Positions 52,262-64,000 of a DNA stretch of 64,000 nt are shown one piece after another (positions within the stretch are counted from its first letter, which is position 1; every line of letters begins with the position of its first letter). Origin of the DNA: Yuukianura sp. NJ FZ-2021 (taxonomy: Eukaryota); the NCBI GenBank assembly GCA_046563655.1, contig CM102290.1, positions 11,532,001 to 11,596,000 on the forward strand, read 5' to 3'. The position numbers and the translations under genes were made by a program. Under the pieces are notes generated by a model. The model worked only from the letters and a program-made list of their open reading frames with translations, ran no database searches and had not been told where the DNA came from.

Positions 52262-55200
52262 ATGTCGAGTCAGAACTTTGACGACTTCTTTGGAAACTTC
52301 AGTCAGCCGCCGACTGGTCTCTCTCAACTCGGAGTTGCAAGTCAGCCGTTTGACGTGGACTTCGACGATTTCGACTACGGAGACCTGCCGAAGAACGACT
52401 TTTCGCAACTTGAAAGTCGTTCTACCTCGTCTCGGAGTGGAACAGCATCGGTACGCTTCTAAATACGCTTTTCGCTTATCCGTCAATCTGTATTTTACAA
52501 TTTGTAAGTTTCAATGATGGTTTCTTTGTTTTGAATTCAGGATGACGATCTCAGTATCGATGAAAACGTCTTCAAGGATTTGAAGAAGACGAACAAAGAC
52601 GGCGACGAGGACTCGGTAGTTGAGGACTTGGCTGAAGCCCTGGAAGAGTTTCGCTTCCAAGATGATGACGATGACGGAACGTTTTTTCCGGTTAGAATGG
52701 ATAGAACATGATTAATAACCTTAAATGGAGTAAAACAATTAATTAACTCTTTTTACTTGTGTTATAGAAAGCTCCGGACCATGCCTGTAGATATTGCGGT
52801 ACGCACGACCCTGCTGCTGTCGTGATGTGCAATGTATGCAAGAAGTGGTTTTGCAATGGAAAAAGTGCTTCAGCCACAGGGTCGCATATTTTGGCTCATT
52901 TAGTTCGTGCCCGCCATAAGGTAAACTATGCTTCAAATGTTCAAATATAAGTTGAATTGAAAACATGAATGTGATGAATCTAATCGACTGATTTTTATAG
53001 CAAGTAGTTCTTCACCGTGAAGGTCCACTTGGGGAGACTCTGCTGGAATGTTACGCATGTGGTGGTAAAAACGTCTTCAATTTGGGATTTATTCCGGCAA
53101 AGAGTGATTCCGTCGTGGTACTTCTATGTCGTCAACCGTGTTCAACACAAAATGTCTTGAAGGATATGAATTGGTATGTGATCCTAATGTTATGAATGGC
53201 CAACAAACACACTTCTTTTGAAGGATCAAAACTATATTTAATTGTTAACTTTTCATTATCAGGGATATTGACGCTTGGAAGCCTCTGATTGACGATCGTT
53301 CTTTCCTCAGTTGGCTGGTCAAAGAACCGACTAAGGAGGAAATGGCTCGAGCCCGTCATGTCACTAACATGCAAATCATCAAAATTGAGGAACTCTGGAA
53401 ACTGAATACGGATGCCACGTTTCAAGATTTGGAAAAACCAGGCGTAGATGAGGAGCTGCAGCAAGTCGTGCCGCGATACGACGATGGCTATCACTACGAA
53501 CTAATTCTGAGTCCATTGGTCAAACTGGAAGCAGAGCACGACAAGAAGATGAAAGAAGGCCAGACGCATGGGAACATTGAAGTCCGTTGGGATTTTGGGC
53601 TTAATAGGCGAGTTACTGCGTTTTTTACGCTCCCGAATGTCATAGACTCGGAACTTCGAATTGTTCAAGGAGATCAACTCAAGATAAGCTACGTCGGAGA
53701 GCAAAATAACGGTTGGAATGGGATTGGTGACGTAATCAAAGTTCCGGATAGTACTTCGGAGGAGGTCGGAATTGAGCTGAAGCCACGATGGAGCCCAGGA
53801 GCACCGATTGATCGTACTCAGGACTTTACCATAGAATGTGTCTGGAAGTCAACATCGTTTGATAGAATGCTGGCAGCATTGAATCGATTTTCGCTAGATG
53901 ACACTGCAGTATCTACTTTCCTGTACCATCGCTTACTTGGACATGAAGTTGAAGACATACTTCTGCAGTGTAAGCTACCGAAGAATTTCTCGGGCAACAA
54001 TCTTCCAGACTTGAATCGATCACAGGTAAATTCACTCATTTTTTTTTATATTTACTCATTGTGTAAATGAATTTTACTAAAACGTGGTTTGAAATAGTAA
54101 ATTTTAGTTAAAGTTCAATTTAGATTTACTTTTGTTTTTAGGCATTTGCTGTGCGACAGGCTCTGCAGCGTCCTCTCACTTTGATTCAGGGTCCTCCGGG
54201 TAAAATTTGCTTTCTTTTTTCTAGAATGTTGTAAGCGTTTGACGTAATTTTCTGATTGTTGTTGTAGGGACTGGAAAGACAGTAACTTCTGCTTCAATCG
54301 TTTATCATCTCGCGAAGATAAACAAAGGCACTATCCTTGTTTGTGCACCGTCGAATACAGCTGTGGATCAACTAACTGCCAAAATTCATGCCACTGGTCT
54401 CAAAGTTGTCCGATTGTGTGCCAAGTCTCGAGAAAATTTGGAGTCATCCATTTCTTTTCTATCGCTTCATAATCAAATTCGGAAAATTGTTGAAGACGAG
54501 GGTGGAGAGCTGCACAAACTTCAACAACTCAAAGATGCCACTGGAGAGCTTTCGGAAACTGACGAGAGACGGTACGTATATTTGAAGCGGAAGGTTGAAG
54601 CAGTTGTTCTTCAAGCAGCCGATGTCATTGCATGTACCTGTATTTCGGTGGGAGATCTTCGTCTTTCAAAGCTCACGTTTGGATGTGTCCTAATTGACGA
54701 AGGTAGTTAGTGACAATACTTAGGTTGTTATAGTTAACTGTTCATTGGATGTAACTAATGTGATTGGTTTTTTTTTATATAGCAATGCAGGCGACGGAGC
54801 CGGAATGTATGGTGGCAATTGTGAAAGGAACTAGTCAATTGATTCTTGTCGGCGACCACTGTCAGCTTGGGCCTGTTGTCATGTGCAAAAAAGCCGCTGG
54901 AGCAGGACTGTCTCAATCGTTGTTTGAGCGACTTGTTACTGTCGGAATTCGACCAATTCGTCTCGACGTCCAGTATCGAATGCACCCTGACCTGTCACGA
55001 TTCCCATCGGACTACTTCTATGAAGGTTCCCTGCAAAATGGAGTTGGATCACATGATCGTCGCCTGCCTTTTGACTTTCCTTGGCCAAATCCTGCAAAAC
55101 CAATGTTCTTCTACGTTACACATGGATGTGAAGAAATATCTGGAAGCGGAACATCCTATTTGAACAGAACCGAGGCTTCTAACGTGGAGAAGATCACTAC

Positions 55201-56645
55201 GAAATTCCTGAAGGTCGGAATGCGTCCTGAACAAATTGGCATCATCACTCCGTATGAAGGACAGAGAGCTTACCTCGTTCAATACATGCAGAACCAGGGG
55301 CCCTTGAACCCCAAGTTGTACCTTGAAATCGAAGTGGCCAGTGTGGATGCCTTCCAAGGACGGGAAAAAGATATCATCATTCTGTCTTGCGTCCGATCTA
55401 ACGAAGCACAGGGAATTGGCTTCCTAAGTGATCCACGTCGTCTCAATGTGGCTCTCACGAGAGCTAAATATGGAATCATACTTGTTGGAAATCCAAAGGT
55501 ACTGGCAAAGAATCAACTGTGGAACCATCTCATTCATTACTTCAAGGACTTGCTACTTCTCGTTGATGGACCACTTCAAAATCTGAAGGAATCGGCTATA
55601 TCATTTCCTAGACTGAAGAAAATGGAAAACGTGATTAATCCTGGAGCTCACCTTATGGCCAAGAAACCTGCGGATGCCCGTGACACTACTCGACCAATTC
55701 GACCTCAAGGAAATCCGGTAAATGCAATGGATGAACCAGAAGCATCTAGATATCGCCGTCCACCACCAAGAGGAAACGAATCAACGGTGGCTTCAAACTA
55801 CTTGGCTCGATTTGGAGATCAATACACTGGATACACTGGACGAGGAGATCCACAACCCGCTGCTCCACCCAATCCTCCGTCTCAACTTGGAATGTTTATG
55901 AATATTGCTCAAATTCCGTCAGCATTCTTCAATCAGTTTCAACCAACGGGTGGACCCAATCCTAATCGCATGACTGGACCAAGAAACCCTTCGCCATTTC
56001 GTCAAAAGAATCCACCAGCTAAAACGCCACAAGGCAGTCGAAATGCATCACCAGGAAGATCTGGATCTGGATATCAACAACGTCCGAATACGCACCAAAT
56101 GCAGAAACAGCTTCACGATGAAATGTTCCCGCCACTTTGCCAGCCTGGTCCTAGTACTAGCAGTGGATTTGGTGGAGGATATTCGGGTAACAACCAGTCG
56201 ATGCTGTCACAACATCCGGGCTTTGGAATGTCACAGGGAGAGTATGGAATGTCACAGGGAGGAAGTCAACAGTACAACACGCAACCGTATATGTTGAGTC
56301 AGCCGGTAAGTGTCGTCGTATTGTTGTGAGGTATTTATCTTGAATGCTGTTCAAACTCAGTGTTGTTGAATATTTTGCTTATGTTTTAGTACGGTGACTT
56401 GACGCAGAACCAGATGATGTCACAGGATTTCATGCAAGACGTTGAGTTTCAAGGTGACAATGGACGGTACATGTCACAAGAAGATCGTTTCAACAGTCCG
56501 TTTCGACGTGATCGGTCCAGCGGAAGCGGTGGGAGCGGAAATTTCTCCCAGGGAAATCAAATGTCACAAGTGAGTAGCGCACTTCATGAATAATAGTTTG
56601 AATTATGTAACTAATTTTTATTTGTAATATTTTTAGCCTTACTGA
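52262..56645 (+). CDS. UPF1: Regulator of nonsense transcripts 1 (UPF1/SMG-2) SF1 RNA helicase, divergent
   Basis: Ten in-frame exons: 52262-52450, 52541-52690, 52768-52920, 53001-53173, 53263-54025, 54142-54199, 54268-54702, 54783-56305, 56390-56569, 56637-56645. CH domain ([44 protein letters not shown]), Walker A GPPGTGKT, motif [41 protein letters not shown]-rich tail ending SQPY*. Confidence 0.96.
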
Positions 56646-56729
56646 AAACCTCAAATCACCGATGGATCGCTTACACCGATTCATAATACAACTTCACGAG
56701 AGCGAAAGTAGTTAAATACCGACATTTTA

Positions 56730-56842
56730 TGCAGAGGTCGGCAAAAAAAGTTCAGTGAACAAAAGTTCTGCTCAAGCAAGGGGTTGCCTTATTAGTAGCA
56801 AACTTTTCGTTTCCACTGGGAGTGTTTTTGCCGACTTCCGCA
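56730..56842 (+). other. Long imperfect stem-loop in the probable UPF1 3' UTR
   Basis: Arms 56730-56772 (TGCAGAGGTCGGCAAAAAAAGTTCAGTGAACAAAAGTTCTGCT) and 56797-56842 (AGCAAACTTTTCGTTTCCACTGGGAGTGTTTTTGCCGACTTCCGCA) are largely complementary. Confidence 0.65.
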
Positions 56843-58434
56843 CAAAAAGCGGGCCATTTTCGCTCTCCCAAAGTTATATTATGAAATGCTGATACAGAAT
56901 AGTCTTCGGCTGATCAAAAACGTATCAAGAAGGAACAGGGTTTGGCGAATCGGAAGGAGATGAGGGACTTGGGATGCATAGTTAGCATGAGGGAAGAAGA
57001 ACTGGTGAAGATTTGTCAGAAGAATTCTATACAACGAACAATTAAGTGTCAGTAAGTTTTTTGCAACCAAATAAAGAAATTACATTGCTTGTTCTACATT
57101 TTCATATCATCCAACCACTCAAGTTGTTTGACGAAACGATCAACCCCACATGACTTTAGTATTGCCGATGTTATTTTCGGGTGTTAAGTTACCGAATTTT
57201 GAATGATTTCCTTACGTCATCAATGTGAATTTACTAATTATGTCAAGGTTTTCGAGCTAAATATTTAGAGAGTAGCTCTGCCATCGCGGGAAATAACGTA
57301 AAATTTGCGAAAGTGTGTTAAAAGTTTTAGAGTTTTTTTTAAACTTAGCGTTTAAGACTGAGAGAAACGACGGGTGGGGTTCGCCCTCTCTTGGATTTTA
57401 GTGCAATCCAATCCGAGTAACATTTTTACGTAAGTTGTGGTTGTGGTCATGGATGTCCCCAAAGAGTATCAACGTATTCAAACATTCCACGTTTTAAAGT
57501 TAACTTTAGTTAAGAAGTTTTTCCGGGTTTATTCACAAGAGTTTGTAGAGTTAAAGTCCGCAAACATGCAAAACGGGGTACCCTTCCCACCAACATATTT
57601 TTTTTTGCGGGAAACGATTGGAAAATGGTTTGAAACGTAATAAAATGTGAAAAGGGAGGACGTTAAAATGTTCGCGAAAATTTGGATCCGAAAAATTATG
57701 GGTCCAGTTTCACACCTTGAAAACAAATTTTTTTTTTTTTTGGCTCATCCCACGTTTCGTTAAGCGGGTTTGGCGTTTGGCACACAATAAAATTATTTAC
57801 CTTTACTTTTTTCCGTTTTTGAAAATCCCGCCAAACAAAAATTTTCGGGAAACGATTAAAAGAAAATATTAAAACAAAAATTTTTTTTTTCGAAAATTCA
57901 CAAAAGCAAATTGACCGTCCATTCACGTAAAATGGACGGTTAGAAAAACTGACCGTGGAAAAGCGTTCAGTTACGATTGCGGAATCAAGTTTATACTGAA
58001 TTTCCTACTCCAGTTGAAGAGAATTCAACGTAATCATAGGAATTAAAATAATATGCTACTATTAATTTACTTTCGGATTTAGTTACTATTGTCGATGTCA
58101 ATTTTCTAACATTGTATTTTAGCATTGATGGTCTTAAGACAGGCTCTGACTTGAGTGGAGTGTGTTGTGTTTTTGTGGTAGTTTGGCGGTATGAACACAT
58201 TCACCCTCATTTCAGTTTGGAAGACGAAACGGTGAAGACGTATCCTGGCACACTGTAGCCTCTTGATTATCAATCAAAACAATTAATCTCACAACAACAG
58301 CCTTCATCTTCTATTGTCATTCATTTCTCTTCATTGAATCTACTAAACAACTCTCTCAAGTTGGCCCAATCGTCGTTCATGTTCAGGTCAACTGTAAACG
58401 TCAACGCTAGTTGACCACTTCACTGGCTCCCGGC

Positions 58435-58895
58435 ATGGTAACACTAACATTAGTCAACTTTATTTTCAATATTAGTTTTTCTTTTGTAACAACAGAAAAA
58501 GTACTGATGATGAGAGCTTTGAGTGTTTTAGTGTCCATTGTCTAACTTTTGATTAATCATGTGTTTAGGTTCGGCGGGGAACGGATGAGAGGGATCCTGC
58601 CAGACTCCCTTCTCGGAGAATCCAGAAATTGACCCGACACGATCTTCTGGACAATCTCATCAATCGGAACGGGATTAAGCAGTGTCAAGGTCACGACCGT
58701 CGTCGTCCTCCAGAACTTGTCTTCGTTAGGTCTCTACTTGTGCCGTTCCTAGTAGCTTCAGTATTTGCATGTGCCACAACCACCTACGCTGACCCTCGTC
58801 AGAGTGACCGGTACCAAATTTACTCTGACTCAGACGGCCATCATCATCATCATCAGAACCGAGAATGCAACCATGCTTATCCTAAACACGACGAG
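58435..58895 (+). CDS. 5' exons of a secreted/membrane protein, probably invadolysin / leishmanolysin-like peptidase (partial)
   Basis: ATG|GTAACA at 58435-37, then in-frame exon 58569-58895 (TTTAG| ... GAG|GTAAGA). It has a hydrophobic stretch LLVPFLVASVFACA followed by ECNHAYPKHDE, resembling the C-x-H-x-x-P-x-x-x-E-V pro-region motif I recall from invadolysin/LMLN. Inr-like TCAGTT near 58212. The catalytic HExxH exons are not in the window. Confidence 0.5.
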
Positions 58896-60380
58896 GTAAG
58901 ATTCTTAGTTCGTTAATCCAACAACTCTCATGGCGCAAGACACATTTAGTAATTAAGAGATGTGACAAGAGGTTTAGGAGTTAGTTGACTTAACGTTAGA
59001 GTAGTGAAGCAATGGCCATTGTTTTTGATGAAGTACTCCTAGTACTACTACGTTCCGAAGTATCTCTTGACAATCAGTTACAACTGTCCCAGTCAATCAG
59101 TTGGACCATTCACGCGTTTAATTGTTTAAATCTTCGATTGTTAATTGTTAAATGTTAGTCATCAAATAGTACAAGTGCCATTCATCTTCTCACTCTCTTA
59201 AATCCTATTCATTATCAAAGGAGGAAAGTGCGTAACTAATTTAGTTGATTGTTATTATCTACCGCCTACACAAGAACATGCTTTCCTCTTATGCAATCAG
59301 TGTTTTGAGGGCAGCCAGTGGGGTCCTGATTAAGTAAAATGCCTTCTAACTATATACGTTTAGGTTATTGCAGTTTCATTTCCAATTGGCAATAAAGCCT
59401 TAAATACACTAAATCTTAGGTTACTTGCGGCACTTCTGAGACAGGCCAAAAGTCCATTAAAACGCCCACTGTCAAAGAATAGCATTAGGAATGCGCATTT
59501 CTTATTGATTATTTGCACTTGCTCTTAGGAAATAACTTGATGAATAATTTATTTTATTCTTCTTCACTCAAAAATTTAACGTCGGTCGCTTTTAATCTTG
59601 CTTTAATATCTTCAATTTGCAAATTTCAATTGGAAACAGTTCAAACTGTAACATAAAAATTTCCTTGAAAGTTCAAATTTCCAAAATTCTAGATTATAAA
59701 AAAATTAGTTTTACTTTTTAAATAAAATTGTCTATGAATTCAAGACTTTTTATGAGAATTGCTTTGAATAATGTATTATGCATGTGTGTAGGTGTATGGA
59801 AAACTGACATTTTGAACTTACATGTAACATTTAACTTGTGTAAGTTCCCACTAGGTTTGTAGGTATAACTAAATGCTTGGTAAAACTTTGTAATTATTAT
59901 AACTTTTAAAGCGTCCCGCTCACCAAAGTGAAACGACAGCCGCCGACAGTCGTCGCCACTTTTTCGTCTCACTTTGGTACAGCACACTGCCCAAAAAGTG
60001 AGACGACAACTTTCGTCTCAGAAAGTGAGACGAAAAGTTTCGTCTCACTTTGACTCATGACACCCGCACACCGGGAGTCAAGTCGCGCGACAACTTTCGG
60101 CAGACAAAAGTGAAAAGAATTTTTTCTTCTCACTTTTGTCGTCGCACCCAGCACACCGCCGAGAGAATCCCTGTCGGCGGCCAGAATCTTGTCGTTTCGG
60201 AAAGTTGAACTTTTTCAACTTCCGAGACGAAAGTTGTCGGCGCCACTTTTTCTGTGCATACCGCACACCGGATAACCGAAAAGAAGTAGATCACCTGTTT
60301 TATTTGTTTTTTCTGTGGAGAGAAGCGCTTCTCTTTTAATTAAAGTTTAGTTTATCTGTAGTTATAATTCAAATTCAACA

Positions 60381-61340
60381 ATGGAGGACAGTCAGGATGA
60401 GGCTTTCTCACCTCTGACATTTGAAGATACTACTGAATCTAGAGAAGATTTAATTAGTGCTGTAAAGGTCAGGGTTATATTGTATAACCCATCCAGTAAC
60501 TCCAACAGAAATCGTTTTCTTCGTGAGAGTGCTTGGGCTGCCGTTGCTAATGAAATCGCTAAGCCAGGTAAGCATAGATCTATGCTGGTGTGATGGAAGG
60601 CATATACTAAACGAATTTTAACTGTTTAATTTATAGAACTTTGGTGTAAGTGCGAGTGGAAGAAACTGCGAGATTTGTACGGGAAGAAGAAGAAACAATT
60701 AATTGGTAAAACTGGACAAGCCAGAAAGAAAATTGAGAGCTGGGAGTACTTCAGCTCCTTGCAATTCCTGGATGATTACAATATCCAGACACAGTGCGTT
60801 AACACATTAAATCTACTTTATTGGATACTAGCCATTGATGGGTAACCAGTTTATGTTTAAACATAGGACCTGTGGTAATGTAAACACATCGACTGCACCG
60901 GAAGTCTCTGTTACAAATAATGGCGAAGATGAAATGCCTTTGGCGGACCAAGTAAGTTCTAAATTTAACTTATAGCATGGCGCCATGCTGTTTAATTCAA
61001 TGATTCTATTTCGTTTGGACAGATCATAATTCCACAATCTACAGCAGCCACTCATGTTACTCCAAGCGCTGTTGATGGTACTTATTCCCGAAATAGGAAC
61101 AGAAAGCGGTCCGGGGAAGAATTGGATAAAGAAATTATCAAATATTTGAAGACGTCAGCTCAAGTCCAGGATTCTAACTACCATTTTGCGCTAAGTGTGG
61201 CTGAAGAACTCCGGAAACTGACACCGTCTGTTGCTTCATACGTTAGAATGAAAATATCTACATTGTTGTATGAAGTTAGTGGGCCCACTCTTATTCAGAA
61301 CATAGAAATTGAAGAAGTAGAAAATAATTCAACAGGTTAA
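60381..61340 (+). CDS. Harbinger accessory DNA-binding protein with N-terminal MADF (Myb/SANT-like) domain and C-terminal BESS-like motif
   Basis: Exons 60381-60567, 60637-60793, 60867-60951 and 61023-61340 join in frame. MADF pattern LISAVK..ILYN...RESAW..VA...CKCEWKKLRDLY...WEYFSSLQFL. C-terminus DSNYHFALSVAEELRKLTPSVASYVRMKISTLLYE is BESS-like. Confidence 0.88.
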
Positions 61341-61382
61341 GGTTGGTAGAGAGCATAGCGCTATGCTAAATTTATTTCTAAA

Positions 61383-62974
61383 TTAATTCGCTCTATCATT
61401 TTGCCAAGGAACGCTACCACTAGTAATAAAATACTCAGCCAATCCGTCCCTCATTGACTTTGCACTCTTTGTATAATTATTTGACCCTGTACACGAGATA
61501 CTTCCTAAAACCGTGCCGTCTATTCTCCATTCCCCATTATCGGTATCGTCTTCGTCAACATAACCCGGTGGACAATATTGTCGTCGCTCGGCTGGCAAAT
61601 TAGAGTCCTCTCGCATCAGGAAGTTATGTAGGACTACCGTTGCTAAACAAAAAATATGCACAGTATTATAATAGATATAACTCAAATGTAAAGTTTGAAA
61701 GAATAGCGCTATTCTGTTACTTTTACCTTGAATGATACTTTTCACATGTTCTGTACTAGCAATCACACATCGTCGGAAGATTCGAAAGCGGTTTGCAAGA
61801 ATTCCAAAAACATTTTCAATCACACGACGTGCTCTAGATAGTCGGTAATTGAAAATTCTCTTCTTGCTCCCTGGTTCAGTTTTCCCCGGATATGGTCGCA
61901 TCATAAATGTCGACAGAGCGAAGGCATCATCCCCAACGAAGGTACAAGGCTGAACCAGCGTTGACCCTAGGATTTTTCTATCTCCGGGGATTGGTAATGT
62001 ACCTGTTAAAAAATTCGTATCAGTTACAATATGGAGCCATATTTAAAATAACGAAACAAATTTGAACATAAAGTCACATACCGTCCTCTAATCCCCTTCC
62101 AAGGGATGATCTGGCGAATATACCGCCATCACTTTGCCTACCGCAAGCTCCAATATCTACTGTTGTAAATCTGTACTTTGAATCACAAGTTGCAAGCAGC
62201 ACAGTACTGAAGAAACCCTTGTAGTTGAAGTGAAGAGATCCGGAATCGTTTGGAGCCTGTATCATCACATGCTTCCCGTCTATCGCTCCAAGGCAATTTG
62301 GAAAGTTCCAATCATTTTCAAAATCATCTACGATTTGATTCCACTCCGGCTCGGTTGGACACTGAAAAATGAATAATTTAAAATAAGCTTAGCGCTAAGC
62401 TAATTAATCATTCTACATGTCAAGCTTGGATCCAAGCTAAATGATTTTTCTAGGTTAATAAGTTACGTACTTTCAAGTAAACGGGGCTGAGGACATCCCA
62501 AATCACTCGTGTAGTCTCCCACAGTATACTGCGAACGGTAGAATCCCCCAAACTAAACCCAGTTGCGATTGATGCGATCGAGTCCCCAGTACTCAAATAC
62601 CTAAAAAATTGAAAAGCGCTTTTCTGAAGTTGTGCGATTTGTTATGTACAGTTTGGTAATAAAAAGAGTCCATACCTTAAAGTAACAAACAACCGGATCC
62701 TAGCACTAATTGGCTCCCGGTAGTTAGTCGGATACTTTGTAATGTGAGCCTCCGTCAGTAGAAGTAACTTATCAAACTGCGTCGATGTCATCCGTGTATA
62801 TTGGAAGAATTTCTCCGGGTATTTAGCATACATCAACTCAATTTTTAAATGTTCGCCCATCGTGGGCCGCAACAAATTGAGGGGATGGACCCAATAACGT
62901 CGTGACTGCTTCCGTTGATTTCGACGGCGAAGAATTAAAGTTAACGCAACTTTCTTTTGAATCGAGAGATCCAT
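61383..62974 (-). CDS. PIF/Harbinger (HARBI1-like) DDE transposase
   Basis: Exons 62974-62676, 62600-62471, 62361-62082, 62002-61727 and 61642-61383 join without stops. Motifs WVHP, LRYLSTG (HTH), WNFPNCLGAIDGKHV, FNYKGFFS, GRQSDGGIF, FVGDDAF, FNYRLSRARRVIENVFG, LHNF. Confidence 0.95.
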
Positions 62975-64000
62975 TGTTAACTACTTTTAATTGTCAATTG
63001 ATTCAAAAACAGAAAATACAGTTGCTAAATCGTTTTCTGCAGGATTCTAAACTGGAATTCAGTTTCAAAGGAAAGAGAATGGCGCCATTCTATATAGGAA
63101 AGAGAAAAACGATACAGCACACCAAGTGAAACGAAAGTTGGCCGCCGAACGTCGGCGCTACTTTTTCGTTTCAGTTTGGCAGTGTGCTGTGTGCAAAGAA
63201 AAAGTGGAGACGAAAGAAGTTCTGCTCCAAAAGTGGCACCGACGCGCCGTCGTTTGAGTCATGGCAGTGTGCTGTACTGAGATTCTGAAAAGACAAAGTG
63301 GAGCCGACAAATCGTCGTCGCCACTTTTTCGGGCCGAAAGTTTGGTGAGCGGGACGCTTAAGTTATACATTATGTTTATGTTATGTGACTTTTACATTAA
63401 AAAAAAAGTCTCATAACATTATTACCGCGTTTCCTCAAAATTGAACGCTTTTACTTCAGCAATGAAATGGAAACAGGAAATCATGCGATTCGTTTCCCAT
63501 TAAAGATTCTACTGTCACTTTCATCCCACACGTACTTATCGACCAGGATTTTCTGAAAACTAATCACAAGTATACTCAAAGTAGGATGTCATGATGTCAA
63601 TCTAAACCTAACATTTCTATTGTTCTTTTTTGCATGCCATTGTATTACGATTTATAAGGTGATATAACAAACAACTGCACAACTACCGTGTGAATTTGGA
63701 TTTAAATCTCTCATACTTTTTTTTTTAATTTTACTGCCATAGTTTTTCTCTTATAAGCCCAGTTTGAATTATGAGGAAGCTTTGGGATCTTGAAATAACT
63801 TTGACATATTAAAATTGAAAGTTTATTTGCACGTCAACTTCCTCCTTGACGAAACATCGTCAATTCAAAGTTAAATTGGTGATTTGGACTAAATAGGCGT
63901 TAATAGTGACGGAATGCACTCATGATTCATGAACTAAACTGAAAACGTCAATTTCCACGTCAGTTAATGCCAGGCCTACCATAACCGAATTCCAAAAATT

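Larger units (their letters stand above)
59910..63358. mobile_element. Full-length, apparently autonomous PIF/Harbinger DNA transposon (3,449 bp)
   Basis: Perfect 18-bp TIR AGCGTCCCGCTCACCAAA / TTTGGTGAGCGGGACGCT. TAA TSD at 59907-09 and 63359-61. Subterminal repeats (AAAGTGAGACGA, CGTCGCCACTTTTTC) at both ends. Two convergent intact genes. Confidence 0.96.

Noticed and set aside
54846..56354. Overlapping alternative-frame and antisense ORFs in UPF1
   Set aside because: Expected shadows of a long coding exon.
61643..61726. Apparent 28-aa insertion in the transposase ORF
   Set aside because: It is an 84-nt GT-AG intron that happens to be in frame; removal restores the expected ..IIQATVVLHNF motif.
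1..64000. tRNA, rRNA, snoRNA, CRISPR or bacterial (horizontally transferred) genes
   Set aside because: None recognised by eye; a covariance-model search would be needed to exclude small RNAs.

Overview
AT-rich eukaryotic genomic DNA with many short (~65-110 nt) GT-AG introns. It is probably an arthropod; this is inferred from gene content and ecdysone-type response elements, not established. Host genes, left to right: (1) three 5' coding exons of the E3 ligase RNF220 on the minus strand, with the rest beyond a >12 kb intron off the left edge; (2) a complete Hhex/PRH homeobox gene; (3) a complete abLIM/unc-115 gene (4 LIM domains plus villin headpiece) with 2-3 paralogous mutually exclusive exons; (4) a complete but unusually divergent UPF1 helicase; (5) the 5' exons of a probable invadolysin/LMLN peptidase. 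Downstream of the last gene's second exon, probably in its intron, is an intact-looking 3,449-bp PIF/Harbinger transposon with 18-bp TIRs and a TAA TSD. It encodes a DDE transposase and a convergent MADF+BESS protein. Other mobile DNA: two ~1-kb non-autonomous hAT elements with perfect TIRs and 8-bp TSDs (one carries an 11-bp satellite), a Tc1/mariner-type MITE, and a two-copy older MITE family. The most striking non-coding signal is four IR-1 (ecdysone-response-element-like) palindromes spaced about two helical turns apart, just upstream of Hhex, in a window rich in nuclear-receptor sites. Exon models were assembled by hand and have no transcript support.
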